Shown in pieces: positions 8,161 to 15,977 of a stretch of 64,000 nt of DNA. The stretch is taken from the NCBI GenBank assembly GCA_046753625.1, contig JBHHUB010000001.1:4377-68376 (forward strand), given 5' to 3'. Below the pieces are notes generated by a model. That model worked only from the letters and a program-made list of their open reading frames with translations. It was not told the DNA's origin and did no database searches. The stretch comes from Phycisphaerae bacterium. Its GTDB lineage: Bacteria > Planctomycetota > Phycisphaerae > UBA1845. How positions within the stretch are numbered: the first letter of the stretch is position 1; each line of letters opens with the position of its first letter. The translations under genes were made by a program, and so were the position numbers.

Positions 8161-8720
8161 CGTCACGTCTAAACGACCCGACCGCCGCAATGCCGGTGAA
8201 CGCTAACGGACGGAACCCTTTCGATAATGGGGTAAGCCCGCGGAAACCCGGACCGCCAACCTCAAGAGGGGTCGGTACGTCGTTTGGTTTCAACCTTCGA
8301 GCTTTCCAAGGTTCCTCTATAAGTTCCAGCCAACGAATCGCGCCCTGCCGAACATGAAAGTCCGGTCGCTTACGACTGCTACAGTATATCCTACCGGCGG
8401 CCCTCAGCCAAAGCCAAAAAGGGAAAGACTCGTCGAACAGCTCTAACCTTCCGTCGGCAACGGGGTTAGTTGCGCCGGCTTTTCTTGAGGGGGTCTCCGT
8501 ACGCTCGCAATACCGGCCGGTATCACCGGATGTGTGGCAGCATGCGCCTTGGCGACTGAAACGGCGCATACCGCGTGACGCCGTTGAACCCATTATCGGG
8601 CCAGGACACCCACGTGGCGGTGGCCGATAAAACGGGCCGCGCTGGTGGCGTTGCGAAGTTCCACTCGACAAATGGGTAGGGTAAGCGGTCCGTGTTTGCC
8701 TTCTGCGGCGGTTTGCTCAT
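8161..8720 (-). ncRNA. candidate large structured non-coding RNA (unclassified)
   Basis: The region has visibly lower GC than its flanks and no convincing ORF. It contains many local hairpins: ATGCGCC/GGCGCAT, CCGGT/ACCGG, AACCTT/AAGGTT, CCACGTGG. It also has long-range complementarities (CGATAATGGGT at ~8596 with ACCCCATTATCG at ~8232; CGTCACG at 8580 with CGTGACG at 8167). It ends directly at the 8121..8160 terminator. The 5' boundary is unknown. Confidence 0.3.
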
Positions 8721-8833
8721 GTTTGCCCTGGAAGAGAACGATCAATTGTCAAAGGTTGGCTGGTGCGTCGGTGTCGCGTCACTCGTAGGCAAGGGGCCCG
8801 TCGCGGCTGCGCGGGCGGTAGGCCCACGCACGA

Positions 8834-10186
8834 GTGGTGATCCGGCACTCGTTGATACACGCGCAGCCACACGCACTGGATCGCGTGTCTTATTGGGGGA
8901 TACCTGTCATTACGCCTAACGCAGAACGTATGCTGCTGGGGCCTTGGCCCCGGCGACTTCTTGGGGGATGCGCCGCGCTTACCGCGTGCGCGGTGGGTTT
9001 GCTATCCTACGCTCCGGTGGCCCCCGAGAGTGGTGGTTCGCTCTGGCTGGCCGGATCGGTGGCACCCGTGCTTGGCGCACTGGCGTGTATGTGGATCGTC
9101 GTGTGGCGTCTGTTGGGCCGGTGGCGTCGGAGGCTGGACGTTGCGCTGCGGCGGGAGGAAGCGACCGTCACGGAGCTGAGGCGGCAGGTGGGGCAGCTAT
9201 CAGATCAGTACAGCAGTTTGAAAGTGACGGAGAAAGCCCTTGCCGGTTCGCTGGCGGACAGCGAATCCGCCGTGTCCGAGCTTCATGGTCAAATCGAACA
9301 GCTCGAGGCGTTGCGCGAGGAACTCACCCGGACCCATGACGAAGCGACGCAACGCGACGAGGCCAAGAGCGCGTTCTTGGTTCGGATCGCACGCGAGCTG
9401 CGGACGCCGCTTACGGCGATTCTCGGGTTGGCTCACAGCCTGATTCACGAGGGTGATTTGCAGCAAGCTCCGCCGGAGCGTGTGGAAACGATTTACACCA
9501 TACGCCAGAAAGGGGAACAACTACTGGCCCTGGTCAATGAGATCATCGAATTGTCGGAGGTGGAGTCTGGCGTGGGCGTGCCGTCGCTGACGCGATGTCA
9601 GTTGACCGAGCTGCTGGGTGAGGTGCGCGGCTCGATGGAGGTCTGGGCAGATGCCAAAGATGTGACCCTTGTCATGGAGTACATCGGCCAGCTTCCTGAG
9701 ACCGTCGAGACGGACGCTACACGGGTTCAGCGGATTCTGCTCAATGTCGTGGGCAACGCGGTCAAGCACACCGATAGTGGCGGCATTCGCCTTCTCGTTC
9801 GATTGACGCGCGGCGAGCAGGAACAGCCGCAGTTGCAGATCGATATCGTCGACACGGGCATCGGCATGACCAATGAGCAGAAGGCGCGGTTGTTCCGCCC
9901 GTTCGCCGCCGTGGGCAGTGAGCACGAATACCACTTGCAAGGACCCGGTCTCGGGCTGACGATCAGCAAACGCTACGCGCAACAACTCGGCGGAGATCTT
10001 GAGCTTGTCGACACCGGCCCTGGATTGGGAACCCGTTTTCGTCTGTCTTTCGACGTCGGCGATTTGGAAGACGTCCGCATGTTCGAATTCGGCAACCCGG
10101 TTTCCGAATCATCGCACCCGACCGCCGCACAACCGGTCGACTGTGCCGCCGCCGCCGATACCGCTCCGGGGTCGTTACAGGTTTGA
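8834..10186 (+). CDS. sensor histidine kinase (two TM segments, coiled coil, HisKA + HATPase_c)
   Basis: H-box SAFLVRIARELRTPLTAILGLAHSL, N-box LLNVVGNAVKHT, G1 DTGIGM and G2 GPGLGLTISK are all present. An alternative start ATG at 8930 (MLLGPWPRRLL) is more plausible than 8834. No response regulator is adjacent. Confidence 0.85.
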   Translation: MVIRHSLIHAQPHALDRVSYWGIPVITPNAERMLLGPWPRRLLGGCAALTACAVGLLSYAPVAPESGGSLWLAGSVAPVLGALACMWIVVWRLLGRWRRRLDVALRREEATVTELRRQVGQLSDQYSSLKVTEKALAGSLADSESAVSELHGQIEQLEALREELTRTHDEATQRDEAKSAFLVRIARELRTPLTAILGLAHSLIHEGDLQQAPPERVETIYTIRQKGEQLLALVNEIIELSEVESGVGVPSLTRCQLTELLGEVRGSMEVWADAKDVTLVMEYIGQLPETVETDATRVQRILLNVVGNAVKHTDSGGIRLLVRLTRGEQEQPQLQIDIVDTGIGMTNEQKARLFRPFAAVGSEHEYHLQGPGLGLTISKRYAQQLGGDLELVDTGPGLGTRFRLSFDVGDLEDVRMFEFGNPVSESSHPTAAQPVDCAAAADTAPGSLQV

Positions 10187-11008
10187 TTGCATGGATCGAA
10201 AGGTTGTGAGCGATTCCGACAATTCCGTCGCCGGCGACGTCGCCTCTGCCCTCCGCAGGATGAAGTCGCCACGGTATTCGCAGTCTCGAAGTGCCACGAT
10301 CATGCCCCTGATATCCACCTCGCCTTCGCCCAGCGACGTTTCGCGCCCCACACGCCCGGGTTCTCCTGCTGTGGCGTCGCGCACGTGAACCAACGCGACG
10401 CGTGCGGCCCAATCGTCGAAACGGTCCAGAGGATTGCACCCGCGCATGACCATCTCCGCGGGATCCAGGCAGACGCCGACGGCCAAGCAGGCGATTGCGT
10501 TAAGCACATTGACCAGCCGCCCGCCGGCATCGAAGGCCGGCTTGAGAGCGAGCGTGGCGTTGCGCGCGTCCGACGCTTCCGCGAGCCGGCCCAGCGCTTC
10601 GCCGGCGACAGGCACGACGGCTCCGGACTCAGCGTCCGTTACCGCCCCGAGGGATGTTACGACGACGGGCACAGCCATGCTCGCCGCCATTTCGATCACT
10701 TCAATTGTCTGGTTGACGCGCTGGTCGATCGAGTTCGGCTGCGTCAGGCGCATGGATGGGAAGTCTGCGACCAGCGCGGCAATGTCCAAGCCAAGTCCCG
10801 CTGCAAAACGCTTCACATGCCGCCGGCCACTGATGGAAAGGGTTCGGGCGGAGAGTTCACCGGCAACCGCCGGGAATTGCACGGCCCGAAACCCCATCGC
10901 CGACGCGCGGCGCAGACCGGCCTTGGGGGGCAATCCAAGATCCTGCAAGTCGACACCGACGCGACCTGAGTCCATTCGCAAACCTCGCACGCTGGTCAAC
11001 AGTTCCAA
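10175..11008 (-). CDS. sugar phosphate isomerase/epimerase (xylose isomerase-like TIM barrel) family protein
   Basis: Track ORF of 277 aa with family-like segments (GFRAVQF, GLDIAAL, VPVVVTSLG, LALKP, HVRDA, GEGEVD). ORF 10187..10969(+) is its antisense shadow. Confidence 0.65.
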   Translation of the reverse strand: MELLTSVRGLRMDSGRVGVDLQDLGLPPKAGLRRASAMGFRAVQFPAVAGELSARTLSISGRRHVKRFAAGLGLDIAALVADFPSMRLTQPNSIDQRVNQTIEVIEMAASMAVPVVVTSLGAVTDAESGAVVPVAGEALGRLAEASDARNATLALKPAFDAGGRLVNVLNAIACLAVGVCLDPAEMVMRGCNPLDRFDDWAARVALVHVRDATAGEPGRVGRETSLGEGEVDIRGMIVALRDCEYRGDFILRRAEATSPATELSESLTTFRSMQSNL

Positions 11009-11148
11009 AACGATCCGCCCAGTTTATACGCGATTTGATTCTTGTGCAGCGGCCTGCCTGCCGGGCGGATCGGTCGACGTTCGTGACGGCTGGGGCGGGA
11101 AGGGGTGCCGCGTCGGGTGCCCGAACCGGCTTCTGTGGGGAGGCGGCC

Positions 11149-11751
11149 TCAAAGCCGCTTGTTGAGGCGATGGATTTCCGCGACCTGATAGAAGCAGCTC
11201 ATCACGGTGGGCACGAGCAGCCCGAAGCCCACGGCGAATCCGGCGTGGTCCGAGAAGGCCGCGTCCAGCGCGGGCATCGTCATCACCACCGCCGCGATGC
11301 CCGACACCAGCAGGACCGATCCCTGAAAGGCGGTCAGGGCAATGACGACAAGCTGCCGGTTGATAAACGCCAGGGCCGACGCTGAGAACAACGCGGTACC
11401 CACCAGAATCCAAAGCAGGCTGCCGCTGAATCCCGCAGACGAGAGGACTTCCATGATGGTTGCCGCGCCGACCAGACCGCCGAGCAAGGCCAGCGCGTAA
11501 TTGACGGGCCAATAACTGATCGCGGCCATCGCAGCGGCAATGCCCAGCGAGTACCAGACTTGGTTCGGATCGCCATCAAAAAAGTGGACGCCCAAACCGA
11601 ACCCGATCAGGCCGAACGAGATGACCACGCAGCCCTTCCACAGCCGCCAACCGAAGATCATCAGGCCCAATCCACACAGCATAAGCGGCAGACTGATGAT
11701 GGTTTCGCTCGATCGAAGAAACGTAGCCCAGTCCGGTAATGATGTAATCAT
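11149..11751 (-). CDS. polytopic membrane protein, unknown function
   Basis: Track ORF of 200 aa with about six Gly/Ala-rich hydrophobic helices. AAGAGG lies upstream of the ATG. Confidence 0.65.
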   Translation of the reverse strand: MITSLPDWATFLRSSETIISLPLMLCGLGLMIFGWRLWKGCVVISFGLIGFGLGVHFFDGDPNQVWYSLGIAAAMAAISYWPVNYALALLGGLVGAATIMEVLSSAGFSGSLLWILVGTALFSASALAFINRQLVVIALTAFQGSVLLVSGIAAVVMTMPALDAAFSDHAGFAVGFGLLVPTVMSCFYQVAEIHRLNKRL

Positions 11752-11971
11752 AATACGCTTGGCCTCTTGAAGCCCTGCCGTCGTAGTCCGTGCGTTAGCG
11801 GGGCCGGTCCACCTCGTACGCGACCGGGGGGCATGGGAACACCGGCTCCCCGGCCCACCGCGGGCGCTGCCAATCGGCGCGAATCGGCTCCGAGCGCACA
11901 GCGCAGGTTGCCGACCGATTGGTGATTTTCTGTGCCAAAAAACCTTACAATACGGGGAGTAGGGGGAACGA

Positions 11972-12814
11972 TCAGTCGTTCGAATCGGACGAACGTGAGT
12001 CAGCCAGTGGTTTGCGCGTCAGCAATCCCTGAAGCAACACGGAGGTGAGAAAAAAGCCACCAAGCGTAATGCCGCCTGCAAGGCTGCTGCCGACCAACGC
12101 CCGATAAGAACTCGGGAGGAACTCAGCCAGCAACGCGCACACACCCGAGGCGACGAGAATCGTGCCCGCCAGAGACGTGGCCAACACCAGCGCCCACCGA
12201 ACGGCAACGACGCCGAGGAAGAGGCCGATGACCATCGCCGCCAGGCCCACCGACAGCGCACGGTTTTCGATGCTCGGATCCTTGCCGGTGGCGAAGGTCC
12301 AGAATTCGCGCACCAGCTCGGCCGGTTTTTGGGCGATGTACGACGCTTTTTGTTGGGCCGTGGGGATCACAAAACCGTCTCCGTCACCCTGGACGGCCAC
12401 GAGCCGTGCTTGCTCGTATTCGTTGATCTGAGGAATGAGCTTGTCGTAACTGAACACACCGAGCGCGAGCACCGTGAGCACCGCGCCGACCGCGGCGCCG
12501 ACCCACAGACGAAACGTCAGGTGCCCGATCGCAGCCACCATGCCGCAACCGGCGATCACACAGAGCGGCAAGGAGTAGCCCGAAATCTCTGCAAAGTGCT
12601 TACCGCCGATGATGCCGACGGCGGCGAATCCGAGCATCAGGGCGACGCGGGCGAGCTTGGCACCGAGTACGCTGATCGTGATGCCCGCGATGAGCACGAG
12701 GACCGCTACCGGCACCATATTCGCCAGGGCCTCCGGCGGCAGGTGCTGGACGAAGAACTGATGGACTTGCTCGAGTCTGGCTGAGAAATCTGGCATAGCT
12801 GTCACCGTTTCCAT
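11972..12814 (-). CDS. polytopic membrane protein, unknown function
   Basis: Track ORF of 280 aa. It has 4+3 hydrophobic helices split by a ~70-aa soluble loop. The helix pattern resembles the neighbouring 200-aa protein. Confidence 0.65.
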   Translation of the reverse strand: METVTAMPDFSARLEQVHQFFVQHLPPEALANMVPVAVLVLIAGITISVLGAKLARVALMLGFAAVGIIGGKHFAEISGYSLPLCVIAGCGMVAAIGHLTFRLWVGAAVGAVLTVLALGVFSYDKLIPQINEYEQARLVAVQGDGDGFVIPTAQQKASYIAQKPAELVREFWTFATGKDPSIENRALSVGLAAMVIGLFLGVVAVRWALVLATSLAGTILVASGVCALLAEFLPSSYRALVGSSLAGGITLGGFFLTSVLLQGLLTRKPLADSRSSDSND

Positions 12815-12823
12815 AGTAGGCCG

Positions 12824-12832
12824 ATTCTACCA
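12824..12832 (-). promoter_or_regulatory. extended -10 element (TGGTAGAAT) 9 nt upstream of ATG 12814
   Basis: Minus strand reads TGGTAGAAT-CGGCCTACT-ATG. This would give a (near-)leaderless transcript, and there is no SD. Confidence 0.25.
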
Positions 12833-12925
12833 TGCTATTCGCCGGATGGGAGCGAATATTCTGTCCGTTATCGGGCGCTTCGGCCTGCGCTCCTGGACGG
12901 CTTGGATGGATGCCCGGCGCTGTGG

Positions 12926-13807
12926 TCAATTGGGGACTACGAACCGGTCTGGGAAGGTGGAAATGTCGATGACCGTGTGGTTGGCGTCGGCCCGTCCGGT
13001 TTCGCGATAATTGGTGCGGAGCATGGCGAGCTTGCGGGCGACGCTGTTTTCCTCGACTTCTTCGCCCGGCTCCGAGCCCCAGAGGATGCGCCCGCCGGCG
13101 ACGTCTGTGGCCAGTGCGATGTGGCTACTCCGGGGATCGACGCGACCACGATGGTTGTCCACGAGGACGGCGGTTATCTGATGGCGGTAGGGCTCTTGGG
13201 CAAGCCGGCCAATCACGCTGATTCCGGCTTTGATGTCCTCGCCGGGCCAGACTTGTCCCGGTTCCGGCGGTGGTCCGGCCACACCTTGAATCAGCGGTCG
13301 GTCGGGATCGTAGCGGTACAGTCCGGGCAACCGGACGGCATCGGCGCCAACGAGGCAGAAGCCCGTTTCAGATCGAATCATGGCGAAGGGAACCCGGAAG
13401 CGAGCCAGGACTTCAAAGCTTCCGTTGCTGCGTCGTCGGACGTGTTTGATATCCGCCACCCATGCGAGCGAGCCCACGCGATCGGCGATCCTCTTGCACA
13501 TCGTATGGTCCGTCCAATCTTCCTTTAGCAGATCGGACACGGAGGCATCCAAGTCCGGGCGTGCCAGCGAGGCCAAGGATTCGGGCAGGTTCGGGAAGAT
13601 TACGGTCGGGGATGCTCGATCGGCGAGCCGCGCGAGGACGTGGGCTTCAAGCCGATTCATACCCAAGAGTCCGGCCAAGACCAAGACGGCAGGCAGGGCG
13701 AGAAACGCGCCACAACGGGCGCAGCGCACGAGCGTTTCGGTCTGAACCGTGGGGACTCGGAATCGACCACGCGAACGGGGCTTTGGTTTTCTTTTTTTTC
13801 TTGCCAT
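12926..13807 (-). CDS. ftsQ: FtsQ-like cell division protein (N-terminal anchor + POTRA/FtsQ-type domain)
   Basis: Track ORF of 293 aa with a basic N-terminus (MARKKRKPKPRSRGR) and one TM (FLALPAVLVLAGLLG). Its position immediately after ddl in the dcw cluster supports the call. Confidence 0.6.
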   Translation of the reverse strand: MARKKRKPKPRSRGRFRVPTVQTETLVRCARCGAFLALPAVLVLAGLLGMNRLEAHVLARLADRASPTVIFPNLPESLASLARPDLDASVSDLLKEDWTDHTMCKRIADRVGSLAWVADIKHVRRRSNGSFEVLARFRVPFAMIRSETGFCLVGADAVRLPGLYRYDPDRPLIQGVAGPPPEPGQVWPGEDIKAGISVIGRLAQEPYRHQITAVLVDNHRGRVDPRSSHIALATDVAGGRILWGSEPGEEVEENSVARKLAMLRTNYRETGRADANHTVIDISTFPDRFVVPN

Positions 13808-13951
13808 AGGTTGGGGCTGTTTTGCTTAAGGTCGTCGTGTCTCGCAGGCTGGAAGCCGTCAGCCATCTACACGTCGTGGGGCCGTGCGGGCATCGAGCCT
13901 TCGGCCCGGTTTCGACTCGGACCATGCTGCGCTGTCGTATTTCGCGTCATA

Positions 13952-14917
13952 CTACGCGAGCGGTTTCTCCAAGGACAACTCGATGATCCGTTGACAAAGC
14001 CGGTCGAAGCTCATGCCGGCGCGCTGCGCCGCTTTGGGAACCAGGGAGTGGTTCGTGAAACCGGGAATCGTATTGATCTCCAGAATGAAAGGTTCCAGAC
14101 TGTCGGCGTCGACCATGAAATCGACGCGAGAAAGCACGTCGCAACCCAATGCGCGGTGCGATTCAAGCGCAATCTCTTGGATTCGTCGAATCAACTCCGC
14201 CGGCAAATCGAGATCGAAAAGATACTCCGTATCGTTATCGACGTACTTGGCTTCGTAGTTGTAAAACTCCCGCTTGGTTCGGATTTCACACACGGGCAGG
14301 GCTTGATTTCCAATGATGCCGCAGGTCAACTCCGGGCCGGCGATGTAGGCTTCCACCAGCACGCTGCCGTAACGCTCGACCAAGCCCGCTGCGGCCGATT
14401 GAAGCTGGCGCGGTGTCTTGACGATCACCGTGTCAACGCTGCTTCCGGATGCAACCGGTTTGGTCACGGCGGGGACGGGGAATCGCTCGGCCAGGCCGGC
14501 GATCGTCTCGGCCGTCACCAACTCGTAGGGGGGCGTGGGCAGCTTGCATTGCCTCAGGCGATTCTTGGTCTTGACTTTGTCCATGACCAGACGCGACACG
14601 TCCGCCGAGGAGCCGGAGTAGGCCATGTGGCGGCGATCGAGCTCGGCCTGTATCGTGCCGTCCTCGCCGAACGTACCGTGTAGGGCGATGAAGACGAAAT
14701 CGGCCTCGTTTTCCAGAATGGCCAGATCGTCCGGGCCGATGTCGCCTGCGATCACGCGATGCCCCAATAGGTCAAGCGCCGTGGCTACGGCATGGCCGCT
14801 TTGCAGGCTGACCTCCCGTTCTACGCTCGGGCCGCCGGAAAGGACGATGATGTCGAGAACACCACCTGGCGAGCTTGCTGGGGCGATGGTCTGCATGGCG
14901 GCTTGCGTTGTGGTCAT
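13952..14917 (-). CDS. ddl: D-alanine--D-alanine ligase
   Basis: Diagnostic segments are VLSGGPSVEREVSLQSG, ALHGTFGEDGTIQAEL, KPVASGSSVD and EINTIPGFT (ATP-grasp). Confidence 0.93.
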   Translation of the reverse strand: MTTTQAAMQTIAPASSPGGVLDIIVLSGGPSVEREVSLQSGHAVATALDLLGHRVIAGDIGPDDLAILENEADFVFIALHGTFGEDGTIQAELDRRHMAYSGSSADVSRLVMDKVKTKNRLRQCKLPTPPYELVTAETIAGLAERFPVPAVTKPVASGSSVDTVIVKTPRQLQSAAAGLVERYGSVLVEAYIAGPELTCGIIGNQALPVCEIRTKREFYNYEAKYVDNDTEYLFDLDLPAELIRRIQEIALESHRALGCDVLSRVDFMVDADSLEPFILEINTIPGFTNHSLVPKAAQRAGMSFDRLCQRIIELSLEKPLA

Positions 14918-15030
14918 AGTGCAATCCTTCTTGTCGGTGGTGCGAAGTCGTTCGGCATCAGCCGTCAGCCGAAGTCATGGGGTGTATGACTCTTCCGACG
15001 GCTTTGCGCTCTAGTGTCGCGTACTCGTAA

Positions 15031-15078
15031 GTGCGCGGGCTCGTGCGCCCGCGCGGGCTGAAGCCAGCGGCTCGGCAC
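15031..15078. repeat. GC-rich REP-like hairpin element (family 2)
   Basis: GCGCGGGC-tcgtgc-GCCCGCGC is followed by GGGCTGAAGCCAGCGGCTCGGC. About 30 nt match the reverse complement of 50368..50400 (CGCGCGGGCTGAAGCCmGCrGCTCrGC). It lies in the murB-ddl spacer. Confidence 0.55.
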
Positions 15079-15092
15079 ATTCGTATTGCCCG

Positions 15093-15977
15093 TTACCAGA
15101 TATCGACCTCGGTTTCGAGCTCTATGCCGAAAGCTTTGCCGACGGCTTCACGTATCTTTTCGATCAGCCGGATAACGTCGCACGCCCGCGCGTCCGGCCG
15201 GGTTACGATAAAGTTGGCATGTTTCTCAGAGACGCTGGCGCCACCGCAGGCAAGCCCTTTCAGCCCGGCGCGGTCGATCAGCGCGCCGGCCGACGCTCCG
15301 GTGGGGTTCTTAAAAACACATCCCGCGCTGCGGTCCTTCATCGGTTGCGACCGCTCTTTGTAAGCGAAGTATTCCGCGTACCGACCGCTGGATTCCCGGG
15401 GGTCGTCCTGAGCAAGCTGCATCGTGACCCGAACCACGATCTGATCGGTAATGTTGCTCCGGCGGTAGCCGAAGCCGAGCCGATCGGCGGACCAAGTCTC
15501 CAGATCGCCGGATCGCGTAACGAGCAGGATTTCACGAACCACCGTTCCGATTTCGCCAAACCTGCCCCCGGCGTTCATTTTGACAGCCCCGCCCACGGTG
15601 GCGGGGATGCCGGCCATGCACTCCAAGCCGGACCAACCTTGTTCGCTGAGGTCGCGCGATAGCGGCATCAAGTCGCCACCGCCGCCCACCATCCACGAAT
15701 CGTCCAGTCGCTCGACGTGCTTCAGCGCGGGCGCATCCAATCGTACGACCACGCCATCGAAGCCGTCGTCTCGAACCAGCACGTTGGCGCCGACGCCCAA
15801 TACCTTGACCGGTACGCGCTGTTCGGCGGCCCGGCTCATCAGGCAGGACAGGTCTTGGGCATCACGCGGCCGGAACAGGCATCGGGCGTTGCCGCCCAGC
15901 CGGAACCAGGTCATGCGTGCCAGCGGCACATCCTGTTGCATCCGGTCCGCAAAGTTTTTCCACCAGCTCATGGGCAA
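15093..15977 (-). CDS. murB: UDP-N-acetylenolpyruvoylglucosamine reductase
   Basis: Diagnostic segments are TWFRLGGNARCLF, VLGVGANVLV, AGIPATVGGAVKMNAGG and GCVFKNP. The TTG start at 15977 is uncertain (first ATG at 15971). The gene overlaps the murC 3' end by ~110 nt. Confidence 0.9.
   Translation of the reverse strand: MPMSWWKNFADRMQQDVPLARMTWFRLGGNARCLFRPRDAQDLSCLMSRAAEQRVPVKVLGVGANVLVRDDGFDGVVVRLDAPALKHVERLDDSWMVGGGGDLMPLSRDLSEQGWSGLECMAGIPATVGGAVKMNAGGRFGEIGTVVREILLVTRSGDLETWSADRLGFGYRRSNITDQIVVRVTMQLAQDDPRESSGRYAEYFAYKERSQPMKDRSAGCVFKNPTGASAGALIDRAGLKGLACGGASVSEKHANFIVTRPDARACDVIRLIEKIREAVGKAFGIELETEVDIW

Noticed and set aside
8340-8380. GAAAGTCCGG on the plus strand, reminiscent of the RNase P RNA P4 motif
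   Set aside because: There is no matching 3' P4 strand (ACAGAAnCCGGCUUA-like) and no other universal RNase P element within ~400 nt on either strand. The terminator orientation also argues for a minus-strand transcript.
8161-8720. tmRNA, SRP RNA or 6S RNA as the identity of the structured region
   Set aside because: There is no GGGG...UUCGAC 5' acceptor end and no T-arm/CCA-type 3' end. There is no short tag ORF ending in Ala-Ala-stop and no SRP domain IV motif. The size is also wrong for 6S or 4.5S RNA.
8523-8720. 65-aa minus-strand ORF (MSKPPQKANTDRLPYPFVEWNF...) and the 184-aa ORF 8117..8671
   Set aside because: There is no SD and no recognisable family. The frames break repeatedly in this region. 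I cannot exclude a decayed gene, so this is noted under the ncRNA finding rather than called as a CDS.
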